The notes under the pieces were generated by a model. The model saw only the letters and a program-made list of their open reading frames with translations, was not told the origin of the DNA and ran no database searches. Below are positions 9,040 through 16,169 of a DNA stretch of 20,614 nt, one piece after another. This DNA is from a virus, in UHGV virus genome UHGV-0225178. The stretch is one strand, 5' to 3'. Numbering within the stretch: position 1 is the first letter of the stretch; every line of letters starts with the position of its first letter. Made by a program: the position numbers and the translations under genes.

Positions 9040-9247
9040 GACCGGCCTCCATGATGTTCTGGCAGTTCACACAACGGATGGCATCCGGCACGGCAACCAG
9101 ACGGGCAGCCGGAATGTCACCCCCGCAGTCCGCGCATACACGCCTGCCTGGTGCTTCCACCACCCGGCGCTTACGTGTCAGCCGGTCACAAAGGGCGCGT
9201 TCTGTTGCCCGCTCCATGACTGCCTGAGCACAATCTGAATCATCCAT
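9020..9247 (-). CDS. TraR/DksA-type C4 zinc-finger protein
   Basis: Motif CADCGGDIP...RCVNCQ (two CxxC pairs) near the C-terminus; start placed at the internal ATG 9247 (AAGGA SD upstream) rather than the ORF-track start at 9313, which would overlap the o-spanin. Confidence 0.6.
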   Translation of the reverse strand: MDDSDCAQAVMERATERALCDRLTRKRRVVEAPGRRVCADCGGDIPAARLVAVPDAIRCVNCQNIMEAGHVGQYR

Positions 9248-9257
9248 ACCTTTTTCC

Positions 9258-9629
9258 TTACTTCGTCTTTCCTGCCGGAACAGCAGTCGTTCCGGCCATA
9301 TCAGTAAATTCATGCTGTCGCTGTGCCTCCAGACGGCGGATGCTGGCCTTGTCCACGTTGCAGTTCTTAATCACCGCCAGCAGTTGCAGGTTGTAAGTGA
9401 CCGATGCGCCAAATGTGAACGGCTGCGGCACAGGAGGGACCAGACAGTCAGCCAGCCATTCAGCGGGGATCGGCACCGGCTTCACCGGCACGTATTTCAC
9501 AGACGGCCCGCCGCACCCGGTCAGCCACATCATCAGGCACAGGAACAGAGGCCGCAGGCACCGTTGCCAGCGACCGGCGGACAATGCTCTGCTGTTCCTC
9601 GCTGTGCTGCATGTTCTGCTGTTTTTCAT
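9258..9629 (-). CDS. o-spanin (Rz1-like outer-membrane lipoprotein), overlapped architecture
   Basis: In the +1 frame of the Rz-like gene: lipobox LTGC preceded by hydrophobic LRPLFLCLMMW and followed by Pro-rich PSVKYVPVKPVPIPAEW...PPVPQPF; starts inside the i-spanin gene and ends beyond it. Exact start (ATG 9629 proposed) is uncertain. Confidence 0.5.
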   Translation of the reverse strand: MKNSRTCSTARNSRALSAGRWQRCLRPLFLCLMMWLTGCGGPSVKYVPVKPVPIPAEWLADCLVPPVPQPFTFGASVTYNLQLLAVIKNCNVDKASIRRLEAQRQHEFTDMAGTTAVPAGKTK

Positions 9630-9810
9630 TCGTGGCCGCCTTGCTGATTTGTGAAATGAGTTGCAGGGTGCGTTGCTGGTTTGCCAGCACCAGACGGGCT
9701 TCGTCCCGTTCACGCACAAGCACATGATTATTGTCCTCAAGGCGCTGCGTCTTCTGGTGCATTCCCCATACCACGGCAGCCAGCACGCTCATCACCCCCA
9801 GCGCCGCCAT
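9460..9810 (-). CDS. i-spanin (Rz-like), N-terminal membrane anchor plus coiled-coil periplasmic domain
   Basis: Start chosen at ATG 9810 (GGAGG, 4-nt spacer) giving MAALGVMSVLAAVVWGM... then charged helical sequence; the ORF-track start at 9981 would overlap the endolysin by 58 nt. Confidence 0.55.
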   Translation of the reverse strand: MAALGVMSVLAAVVWGMHQKTQRLEDNNHVLVRERDEARLVLANQQRTLQLISQISKAATNEKQQNMQHSEEQQSIVRRSLATVPAASVPVPDDVADRVRRAVCEIRAGEAGADPR

Positions 9811-9922
9811 ACAGCCTCCGGCAATCAGGCCCGGTAAGGGATTGTTCACCGCAGCCACAGCACACCCCGCAGCAGCACAACGGCACACAGCAGCGCAATC
9901 ATGAGCGGTCGCCAGAAGCGGT

Positions 9923-10423
9923 TCAGACTTTCGGCAAATCGTAACGACATAACCATTCATCCGCCGAACGGCGGGCCTCAAGACCGGGGAGTTTTACCCC
10001 CTTTGAATAAATCCAGCGGATATACTGCTTACAGGACGCGGGCATCTGCCCGGCATTGATAAGGCGCAGGAGCGTGGAGTTGCGAAAGTTCGTTTCACCG
10101 GCCCAGAAAATCCAGGAGGCCAGCGCCACCGTCTGACCACGGGTAAGCGGCACCTGAACATGACGATCGATAGCCGCAAAGGCCCATTTCATGTCCTTTT
10201 CCAGCAGCGCCAGACATTCTTCATCAGTTTTTGTCATCCCCGGTTTCACATCCGGGCCGGTATGGCCGTAACAGATGGTGAGGGTGCCGGTGGGATCAGT
10301 GTACGTGGTGTTTTCTTTCCCTTCCCAGTAGCCGGTGTAGTGCGTGGCAATGGTGAACGTCCCGGCTCCGGCCAGAACAAGGGCAATCAGCTTTTTACGC
10401 AGGGGCGCGGGGAGTTTTGGCAT
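9923..10423 (-). CDS. lys: Endolysin, T4-lysozyme-like (GH24) with N-terminal SAR (signal-anchor-release) domain
   Basis: Catalytic signature E-x8-D-x5-T (EGKENTTYTDPTGTLT) and a weakly hydrophobic Gly/Ala-rich N-terminal segment LIALVLAGAGTFTIA after a basic stretch, typical of SAR endolysins; position downstream of the Mor/C activator as in Mu. Confidence 0.85.
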   Translation of the reverse strand: MPKLPAPLRKKLIALVLAGAGTFTIATHYTGYWEGKENTTYTDPTGTLTICYGHTGPDVKPGMTKTDEECLALLEKDMKWAFAAIDRHVQVPLTRGQTVALASWIFWAGETNFRNSTLLRLINAGQMPASCKQYIRWIYSKGVKLPGLEARRSADEWLCRYDLPKV

Positions 10424-10494
10424 TGTTACGCTGTCTCATGGTGTTCTCTGAGTCAGCGTAACCGTGGAAAAAAGGGGGCAGGATTTGCGGAATA

Positions 10495-10917
10495 TCAGAA
10501 AAGCCGGGGCTGCGTGCGTTCCTGATGCAGGCGACGCTGGTTGCGGATAACGGAGTAAATCTGCGTCTCTGACATCTGGTAGTGGCGGCGCAGGGTTTCA
10601 ATTTTTTCGCCCTGGCTCCAGCGGGAAAAAATTTCATTATTGCGCAGTTCGGTGAAAAGGGATTCACCGACCGGGAGATAATAACCACGCCCGCCCATGT
10701 ACCCGGCCTGTGCAGCCGCAACTTTACGGGCAAGCATTCCCGCCTGAGCAGGTTCAATCCCCTGACGGTGCAGTTCAGCACTGATCACATCAACCAGGTC
10801 CCGCAGCGTGCCGGGCCAGTTTTTTTTCAGCTCATCATCAGGAATGTCATCCAGACGGTCAATCAGCGCGTGCAGCTGTTCGCTGTCACCAAACATGCTC
10901 ATCTGTGTTTCAGCCAT
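10495..10917 (-). CDS. Mor/C-family transcriptional activator of late genes
   Basis: 140 aa; C-terminal region aligns by eye with what I recall of Mu Mor (R-N-IF, W, G, EL-R-Y, IY-IR-RR, P-L); GGAGG SD with 5-nt spacer; directly upstream of the endolysin. Cannot tell Mor from C orthology. Confidence 0.75.
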   Translation of the reverse strand: MAETQMSMFGDSEQLHALIDRLDDIPDDELKKNWPGTLRDLVDVISAELHRQGIEPAQAGMLARKVAAAQAGYMGGRGYYLPVGESLFTELRNNEIFSRWSQGEKIETLRRHYQMSETQIYSVIRNQRRLHQERTQPRLF

Positions 10918-10950
10918 ACCCGCCTCCGGTCATCATTACACAAGGCAAGT

Positions 10951-10984
10951 TTAAAATAAAAATCCCGCGCTGTGGCGGGATTTG
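10951..10984 (-). terminator. Rho-independent terminator between the gemA-position gene and the Mor/C-family activator
   Basis: On the minus strand: stem AAATCCCGC / GCGGGATTT with 6-nt loop, followed by TTATTTT, 3 nt after the stop of the upstream gene. Confidence 0.6.
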
Positions 10985-10987
10985 GGG

Positions 10988-11497
10988 TTAACGGGGGAAT
11001 GATTTTTCATACAGCCTGCAAACGCGCTCATAACTCATCACTGTATGTGCTGGCATCCCCAGTACAGACAGCATTTTGCGGCGGTGCCAGCGTTTGAGAC
11101 GCTCCAGCACATCAGAGGCCATCGCGGGGTGTTGCTCCAGCCACTGCCAGTTAGCCACACCTTCGCCGCCGTTCTGCGCGGCCGTCTGCGATTTCACCCA
11201 GTGGTTAAGGGCTGTTTCCCCGCCATCAGAGATAAAGCCCTGCCGGTGCATCACCTTCCAGATGGCGCGAATTTTGGCGGTCACCGTACCCGGTTTTAAG
11301 GCCCGGTTAACCGGTTTCTGACGCACTTTAAAACCGCGTTTTTTGAAAACATCCAGCACGCGGGATAACTCATCCGGTGACATATCCCGGCAACTGGTTT
11401 TGCCGGTGGCTTCCAGTAGTACGGATGTGTAGATCTCATCATCCAGGGCAAGCTCGCGCTTTGCCACATGAATAGCGGATATCAGTTTCCCTCTCAT
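10988..11497 (-). CDS. Hypothetical early protein at the Mu gemA (gp16) position
   Basis: 169-aa ORF immediately upstream of the Mor/C-family gene, ATGA-coupled to the upstream gene; assignment by synteny only. Confidence 0.45.
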   Translation of the reverse strand: MRGKLISAIHVAKRELALDDEIYTSVLLEATGKTSCRDMSPDELSRVLDVFKKRGFKVRQKPVNRALKPGTVTAKIRAIWKVMHRQGFISDGGETALNHWVKSQTAAQNGGEGVANWQWLEQHPAMASDVLERLKRWHRRKMLSVLGMPAHTVMSYERVCRLYEKSFPR

Positions 11498-11790
11498 GCT
11501 GTATCAACACTCCTGCTGATATGATAGATATTATTTTCCCGATCGAGCTGAACCCGATACTCCGGAGGAATCACAAAAATATTAAAACCATCATCAGTTT
11601 TTATTCTTGAGTAGTATTCCCCCTTATGATATCTGGCAAGTGCATTAATCAGAGAAGTCGTCGCCAGCCCAATCAGGTATTTTTTATGAAAAATACTGAT
11701 AACTTTCCGGCACAGCCATCGTGTAATGACGAATGCACCGAAAAACGATGTGATATATAAACACCAGAACAACTGCGAACTACTGTCCAT
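11494..11790 (-). CDS. Small membrane-anchored protein (single N-terminal TM helix), low-GC insert
   Basis: 98 aa; TM segment LFWCLYITSFFGAFVITRWL followed by basic residues; AAGGAGA SD 7 nt before ATG; markedly AT-rich versus flanking phage genes. Confidence 0.6.
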   Translation of the reverse strand: MDSSSQLFWCLYITSFFGAFVITRWLCRKVISIFHKKYLIGLATTSLINALARYHKGEYYSRIKTDDGFNIFVIPPEYRVQLDRENNIYHISRSVDTA

Positions 11791-11805
11791 TATCTTTCTC
11801 CTTAT

Positions 11806-11940
11806 TCAGTCTTCTGCGGCATTCGGCACAGTCATCAGGGCTTTCAAATGTATCCGGCTCGCGATTATGAGCCAGATATAACCACCGCCTACATATACTG
11901 ATATTATCGCCTGTTTTAAAAAATGATGCTTCTTAGCCAT
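11806..11940 (-). CDS. Possible 44-aa hydrophobic micro-protein in the low-GC insert
   Basis: ORF found by hand translation (MAKKHHFLKQAIISVYVGGGYIWLIIASRIHLKALMTVPNAAED) with a central hydrophobic segment; weak RBS; below the ORF-track length cutoff. Confidence 0.2.
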   Translation of the reverse strand: MAKKHHFLKQAIISVYVGGGYIWLIIASRIHLKALMTVPNAAED

Positions 11941-11968
11941 CAGAGGGCGCGCCCATCCAGCGGGTAGA

Positions 11969-12301
11969 CTATTCATTTACTTTATCCTCCATACTGGACA
12001 GAATCATCTGTATTAATGTCGGGCGTGGAGATATACGCATTTCATTAAGCGTCTGAAGGGCAGCAACAGCTGCCTGTTTATCGGTGCCTTTGGCAATTTC
12101 CGCAAGAGAATGCACAATCCATAACGGACTTAACGCCACGACTGAATCCAGAATCATGTCATCCATAATAATTTCTGGCACATCCAGTTTGTCATACTCC
12201 TTATCCATAAAAGAAACGATTTTTTCCACATCTTCCGGTTTCATGCCTCCGGCGATGAGAATTTTTCTATATTCATAAGACGATCTTAATTCAATACTCA
12301 T
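11969..12301 (-). CDS. Small acidic soluble protein, low-GC insert
   Basis: Start placed at ATG 12301 (AGGAG with 6-nt spacer) instead of the ORF-track start at 12343; Asp/Glu-rich, no TM segment. Confidence 0.55.
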   Translation of the reverse strand: MSIELRSSYEYRKILIAGGMKPEDVEKIVSFMDKEYDKLDVPEIIMDDMILDSVVALSPLWIVHSLAEIAKGTDKQAAVAALQTLNEMRISPRPTLIQMILSSMEDKVNE

Positions 12302-12339
12302 ATTCATCTCCTGTAACGCTGACAAGGACGTAATTTTTC

Positions 12340-12525
12340 TCATTTATGTTTTCCAGTAATACGGATATATATGTCGATAAGAAGATTCATAATAAACAGG
12401 AAGAGCGACATCCTGATAAAGAACCATATATCTGGCATCATGGACAGATTTCCTGTAACCGAAAATATAAAACCAACCACCCCAACTGGAACGATAATTG
12501 CGAAAAGTATAAGTCGCTTTATCAT
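12340..12525 (-). CDS. 61-aa two-TM hydrophobic mini-protein, low-GC insert
   Basis: Two hydrophobic segments (LILFAIIVPVGVVGFIFSV and FFIRMSLFLFIMNLLIDIYI); ATGA stop-start overlaps on both sides. Confidence 0.5.
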   Translation of the reverse strand: MIKRLILFAIIVPVGVVGFIFSVTGNLSMMPDIWFFIRMSLFLFIMNLLIDIYIRITGKHK

Positions 12526-13073
12526 GGCGTTAACTCCCGTAATACAGCGTCCTCGGCGGTCCGGCGACGGTAATAAACTGCGTGAGCAGAATGTTCAGAT
12601 ATTCCAAACTTTTCGCCAATTTCCCGGAATGACAGACGGCGTGGGTAATCGGAATCACGCAGCGCACGTATAAGACGTACATCATCATCAGATATGCGCG
12701 TGCCGGGGCGTAACTCTCCGCACTTTGTTAATCCGGCACCAATCATTCCTGCCCGACATCTGACAGAATCTTTATTACGTCCGAGATATTCTCCCATTTG
12801 CTGGCAGGTCATTGTTCTGGCATTTTTTCGAATAAACTTATCTTCATCAGGTGTAAATCTGGGGTGTTTATATTTCAGTAACTCCGGGTATGAACTGCGC
12901 AATACACCAGTCCGGTTATATACAGCCCAGACAGTTCTTTTTATTCTGGCAGCAATATCCTTAACCGGGGTGGATGAATAAAGCGCAATCAGCAGCGCAT
13001 CTTCTTCAGGTATCCACGGACGGACATGAGCGGGGGCGCGACCTTTTCGTCCCATGGGTTGTAATTTCATCAT
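12522..13073 (-). CDS. Putative DNA-binding protein with three Myb/SANT-like repeats
   Basis: Three repeats of the pattern [W/F/I]-x-P/S-[E/D]-[E/D]-D followed by an HTH-like segment: WIPEEDALLIAL...IAARIKRTVWAVYNR, FTPDEDKFIRK...MGEYLGRNKDSVRCR, ISDDDVRLIRAL...FREIGEKFGISEHSAHAVYYRR. Confidence 0.55.
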   Translation of the reverse strand: MMKLQPMGRKGRAPAHVRPWIPEEDALLIALYSSTPVKDIAARIKRTVWAVYNRTGVLRSSYPELLKYKHPRFTPDEDKFIRKNARTMTCQQMGEYLGRNKDSVRCRAGMIGAGLTKCGELRPGTRISDDDVRLIRALRDSDYPRRLSFREIGEKFGISEHSAHAVYYRRRTAEDAVLRELTP

Positions 13074-13076
13074 GCA

Positions 13077-13592
13077 TCACCCCCTGACTCGCTTTTCAGC
13101 AGCATAAAACTCATCAGACAGAATTTCGGTCATTTTCCGTTTTGCGGAATCATCTTCGCACTGAAGATAAATCACATTGTCAACGCAGAACCAGTTCACG
13201 GGACCATACAATATTGCTGAGAAGTCAATGCCCAGCCAGAACAACAGGGCATCGGTTCTGGCATACGTGACGGGCGAATATTCACGCCACAGAATGTTCA
13301 GTTCATCAGAGGCAACACGCAGGGTTTTAGGGATACGTGATGTGCGCGGCGTGCAGCTCCAGCCATTCGACGCAGTCGGTTTTCTCCATAAGTCGCGATG
13401 AAAAGGATATTTGTCATCCATAAAGCGCAGCCCCTTAAAACAAAATCCACTGATACCGGATACAAATACCGACCGGCACGCAACATTCAGCACGGCCTCA
13501 AGGCGTTTTGCCTCATCCTTAACTTTCTGGCAGTCCTGCTGGTATTTTTGCCACGCAGCCAGCGCGGAAGGGTTTGATGTTTTAAAGAACAT
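13077..13592 (-). CDS. Hypothetical early-region protein
   Basis: 171-aa ORF; 3-nt gap downstream and TAATG overlap upstream indicate the same operon; no recognised motif. Confidence 0.55.
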   Translation of the reverse strand: MFFKTSNPSALAAWQKYQQDCQKVKDEAKRLEAVLNVACRSVFVSGISGFCFKGLRFMDDKYPFHRDLWRKPTASNGWSCTPRTSRIPKTLRVASDELNILWREYSPVTYARTDALLFWLGIDFSAILYGPVNWFCVDNVIYLQCEDDSAKRKMTEILSDEFYAAEKRVRG

Positions 13593-14125
13593 TACGCCAC
13601 CTCCGCAGATATCCCGGCAGGCGCTGCTGTCCGGTCAACAATCAGGTAGCGCAGAACACGCGCGGTGATATTCCAGCCGCTTAAACCGCAGATAATGACA
13701 CCCAGGCGAATGTCGATATACGCCATCACAAACTGGGGTACGCCTTCTTTCATGGCCTGCTCATCAACTTCAGCCACCACATAAACGGTTCCACAGGTCA
13801 GAACGCCCTGAGCAAATTCCCACGCCATCGACGGAATATCATGCCCCTCAATCCACGGCAGGGATTTTCTGAAGCTGCACCACTGAACATCATCAGCCGC
13901 ACATTCCTGGCTGCATTTGCGACGAACCGGCTGCACCGGGCGGGGACGCGGAATATCATAAAAACCGTTACATTCCGTCAGCACGCCTGCATCAACCGCA
14001 TCACGCAGAAAATAAACCATGGAGGATGGCGGCATATTCATTTTTTCAGCCAGTACACCGCAGGTCAGACGTCCGTAAATACTCAGCCAGTTTTTAACCC
14101 CTTCAAGCACTTTTGCATCAATCAT
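13592..14125 (-). CDS. Hypothetical early-region protein with probable N-terminal winged-helix and Cys-containing C-terminal region
   Basis: 177-aa ORF; N-terminal segment resembles an HTH; several Cys residues downstream; coupled to neighbours. Confidence 0.55.
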   Translation of the reverse strand: MIDAKVLEGVKNWLSIYGRLTCGVLAEKMNMPPSSMVYFLRDAVDAGVLTECNGFYDIPRPRPVQPVRRKCSQECAADDVQWCSFRKSLPWIEGHDIPSMAWEFAQGVLTCGTVYVVAEVDEQAMKEGVPQFVMAYIDIRLGVIICGLSGWNITARVLRYLIVDRTAAPAGISAEVA

Positions 14126-14128
14126 GAA

Positions 14129-14671
14129 TTATTCCTCCGTAAGCGCCACATATTCAGAATGTTTAATTTCCTGGCATTCTTCAGGAATACACCCGTTTAT
14201 TTCCCTGCCATAAGCGCCTACTTTAAACACCACACACAGAGCATCACGGGAGAGCGACGGGGTCCACCAGGAGTCCGTGTTAAACATGGAGGGGATTCTC
14301 ATTACCCCCAGCTTTTCACAGAGCCAGACAAGGAAATCAGGATGTTTTCTTAAATCGCGTTCAGCGGCTTCAACCATTGCGGCAATCGCCGGTCCTTCAG
14401 GGCATAACTCATCAGGTCTGGCAATAAAGCACTGTCCGTCCCCGATAAAAGCCACATCATCGCGCTTACGCCAGCCCGCAGGCAGAGCACCGGCAAAATA
14501 AAACTCACTGACTCTGTCCATGGCGAACGGCTTTAAGCGCAATCCGGCAGCGCCTGTATTTTTCAGTAATGCCCGAAGAATACTGTTGCGTAGCGGTAAA
14601 ACAGTCTGTTGATATTTGGTGAAATATTTATTTGTCTGCACACGGTCTAATTTGAAATAAAAATATGCCAT
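14129..14671 (-). CDS. Hypothetical early-region protein
   Basis: 180-aa ORF; AAGGAA SD about 9 nt upstream of the ATG at 14671; first gene after gam. Confidence 0.55.
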   Translation of the reverse strand: MAYFYFKLDRVQTNKYFTKYQQTVLPLRNSILRALLKNTGAAGLRLKPFAMDRVSEFYFAGALPAGWRKRDDVAFIGDGQCFIARPDELCPEGPAIAAMVEAAERDLRKHPDFLVWLCEKLGVMRIPSMFNTDSWWTPSLSRDALCVVFKVGAYGREINGCIPEECQEIKHSEYVALTEE

Positions 14672-14768
14672 ATTTCCGATTCCTTATTTTCAGCTTTCAG
14701 GCGCAAGCAGTCCCCTGACGCGAGCGCCATACTTAAAACGATGTGATATTTAAAGATTTAATGCGGTG

Positions 14769-15299
14769 TTATTTATTCAGTCCGGCGTCCTGTTCAAAAG
14801 GCTCGACATAAAAACTTTCAGCGCCTTTATTCACCTTAATACCGGCAATGCCTTTCACTGCATCCGGCTCCGCCAGGACGGCTTCCTTGTTCACTTCCTC
14901 TTTCGTGCGGATGAATCGCTCAAGCCCCATACGGCGCAGCATTTCAATCACACCTTCCACATCACGGCTGACGCTGCATGATGGCGTTCCCAGCCGCCAT
15001 GACACCGTTCCGGTGGTCAGATTGACTGTTTTGGTTTTGCCGCCGTTCGTCAGCTCATCACGGTTGGTTTTGCACCAGTCCTGAATCCCTTTAAAAAGCA
15101 CTTTGATTTGCTTTTTAAGATTTTCAATCTGCGGCGTATAACGGGCGGTGATTTCAGCCACCTCGTCATTCATTGCCGTTTCCAGGCGCAGCGCCTCTCG
15201 CTGAATATCGCCCAGGGTGCGGATATCACGGCTGACTTCTTCGCGGGTCTGCGGTGCGGCCTCGGCTGCGGCCTTTAATTTTGTAACGCGTTTTGCCAT
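14769..15299 (-). CDS. gam: Host-nuclease inhibitor Gam (Ku-like DNA-end-binding protein)
   Basis: 176 aa; closely matches my recollection of Mu Gam (LETAMNDEVAEITARY, ANRDELTNGGKTKT, FIRTKEEVNKEA, VEPFEQDAG); AAGGA SD upstream. Confidence 0.85.
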   Translation of the reverse strand: MAKRVTKLKAAAEAAPQTREEVSRDIRTLGDIQREALRLETAMNDEVAEITARYTPQIENLKKQIKVLFKGIQDWCKTNRDELTNGGKTKTVNLTTGTVSWRLGTPSCSVSRDVEGVIEMLRRMGLERFIRTKEEVNKEAVLAEPDAVKGIAGIKVNKGAESFYVEPFEQDAGLNK

Positions 15300-15310
15300 T
15301 TTGTTTTTCC

Positions 15311-15604
15311 TTATTGCAATGTATCTGGTGCGTTCTGCAAAGAACGGCGCTCAATGCTGCTTTTCACCCCCATAGCCTGCATGGAACCCTGAAGTTCATC
15401 TGTCAGAAACTGAATAATTGTGGGGCTGTGATATTTAAGAATTTGAGCATAAACATCACAGGGTCCTGTCGGTCTGTTCTCCGTATCACGTTCGATTTTT
15501 ACAGTGGCAGTAACCCCCTCCGTGATTTCCTGACTATCATTACCGGCTGGCTTTACTTCATGCATTACGTGGTTAAATTCAAAAATAACGCGTACTTTGC
15601 TCAT
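15311..15604 (-). CDS. Small hypothetical early protein upstream of gam
   Basis: Start placed at internal ATG 15604 (MSKVRVIFEF...), preceded by GAGGA; the ORF-track start at 15703 would overlap the upstream gene. Confidence 0.5.
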   Translation of the reverse strand: MSKVRVIFEFNHVMHEVKPAGNDSQEITEGVTATVKIERDTENRPTGPCDVYAQILKYHSPTIIQFLTDELQGSMQAMGVKSSIERRSLQNAPDTLQ

Positions 15605-15678
15605 CCTGTTGTCCTCATTTCGTCTTAATAACTCATCCGGCGTCTGACCTGATGACAGAGCCGAACCATGAAGTAACT

Positions 15679-15945
15679 TCATACTTCCCAGTAGACCGTA
15701 CATCCGCTTATGCGGGTGGCTTTTACACGGCGGCGCAGGCCATTGGTCTGAACAGTGATTTCAATTTCACCGGTTCCCTTAACTTCGTTTACCGGCGGCG
15801 TGGTTTTCAGGGCATAACGTTGTGGGTAGCGTTTGCTGCGCTCCAGCACTGCACCGGCAAGTTCAGTCAGACGGCGTGCGCTGTTCAGGGAGTCGAATAA
15901 ATTCATTTTGTTACCGCAGGATTGCATATTCATATAACACCTCAT
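15679..15945 (-). CDS. Small hypothetical early protein (start uncertain)
   Basis: 88-aa ORF with several in-frame candidate ATGs (15945, 15933, 15927, 15906) and no strong SD. Confidence 0.4.
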   Translation of the reverse strand: MRCYMNMQSCGNKMNLFDSLNSARRLTELAGAVLERSKRYPQRYALKTTPPVNEVKGTGEIEITVQTNGLRRRVKATRISGCTVYWEV

Positions 15946-16167
15946 TTAGCTGACTTGTTTTGCACCAACAGAACGGCATATTCCACTGTAAACCTCTGTC
16001 GCACCTTCGCGATCAAGTCCGGCAGATATCACCATTCGCGTGCGGTCATTAAATTCAAAAAGTAAATCGCCACATTCTTTATTTTCGGCCAGTGAAATCA
16101 CTTTCACGATATCGAAATTCACCAGGTAAAAGCGTCCGTAGATATCAGGAATATTAAATGCAGCCAT
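15946..16167 (-). CDS. Small hypothetical protein immediately downstream of B (position of Mu kil)
   Basis: ATG at 16167 preceded by AGGTG (5-nt spacer) and 2 nt after the B stop codon; the ORF-track start at 16173 is a GTG overlapping B. Confidence 0.45.
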   Translation of the reverse strand: MAAFNIPDIYGRFYLVNFDIVKVISLAENKECGDLLFEFNDRTRMVISAGLDREGATEVYSGICRSVGAKQVS

Positions 16168-16169
16168 AA

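Noticed and set aside
9020-9313. Long form of the Zn-finger ORF starting at 9313
   Set aside because: The extension overlaps the proline-rich o-spanin reading frame; an internal ATG at 9247 with an AAGGA SD gives a compact TraR-like protein.
9460-9981. Long form of the Rz-like ORF starting at 9981
   Set aside because: The first 57 codons overlap the endolysin in another frame and give an Ala/Cys-rich non-membrane N-terminus; an internal ATG at 9810 with GGAGG gives a typical N-terminal anchor.
12084-12673. Plus-strand ORFs within the low-GC insert (12084..12278, 12346..12573, 12371..12673)
   Set aside because: Antisense to RBS-supported minus-strand genes, Ser-rich or low-complexity translations, no SD; likely spurious.
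15311-15703. 130-aa form of the ORF upstream of gam
   Set aside because: The N-terminal 33 codons overlap the neighbouring gene; an internal ATG at 15604 has a GAGGA SD.
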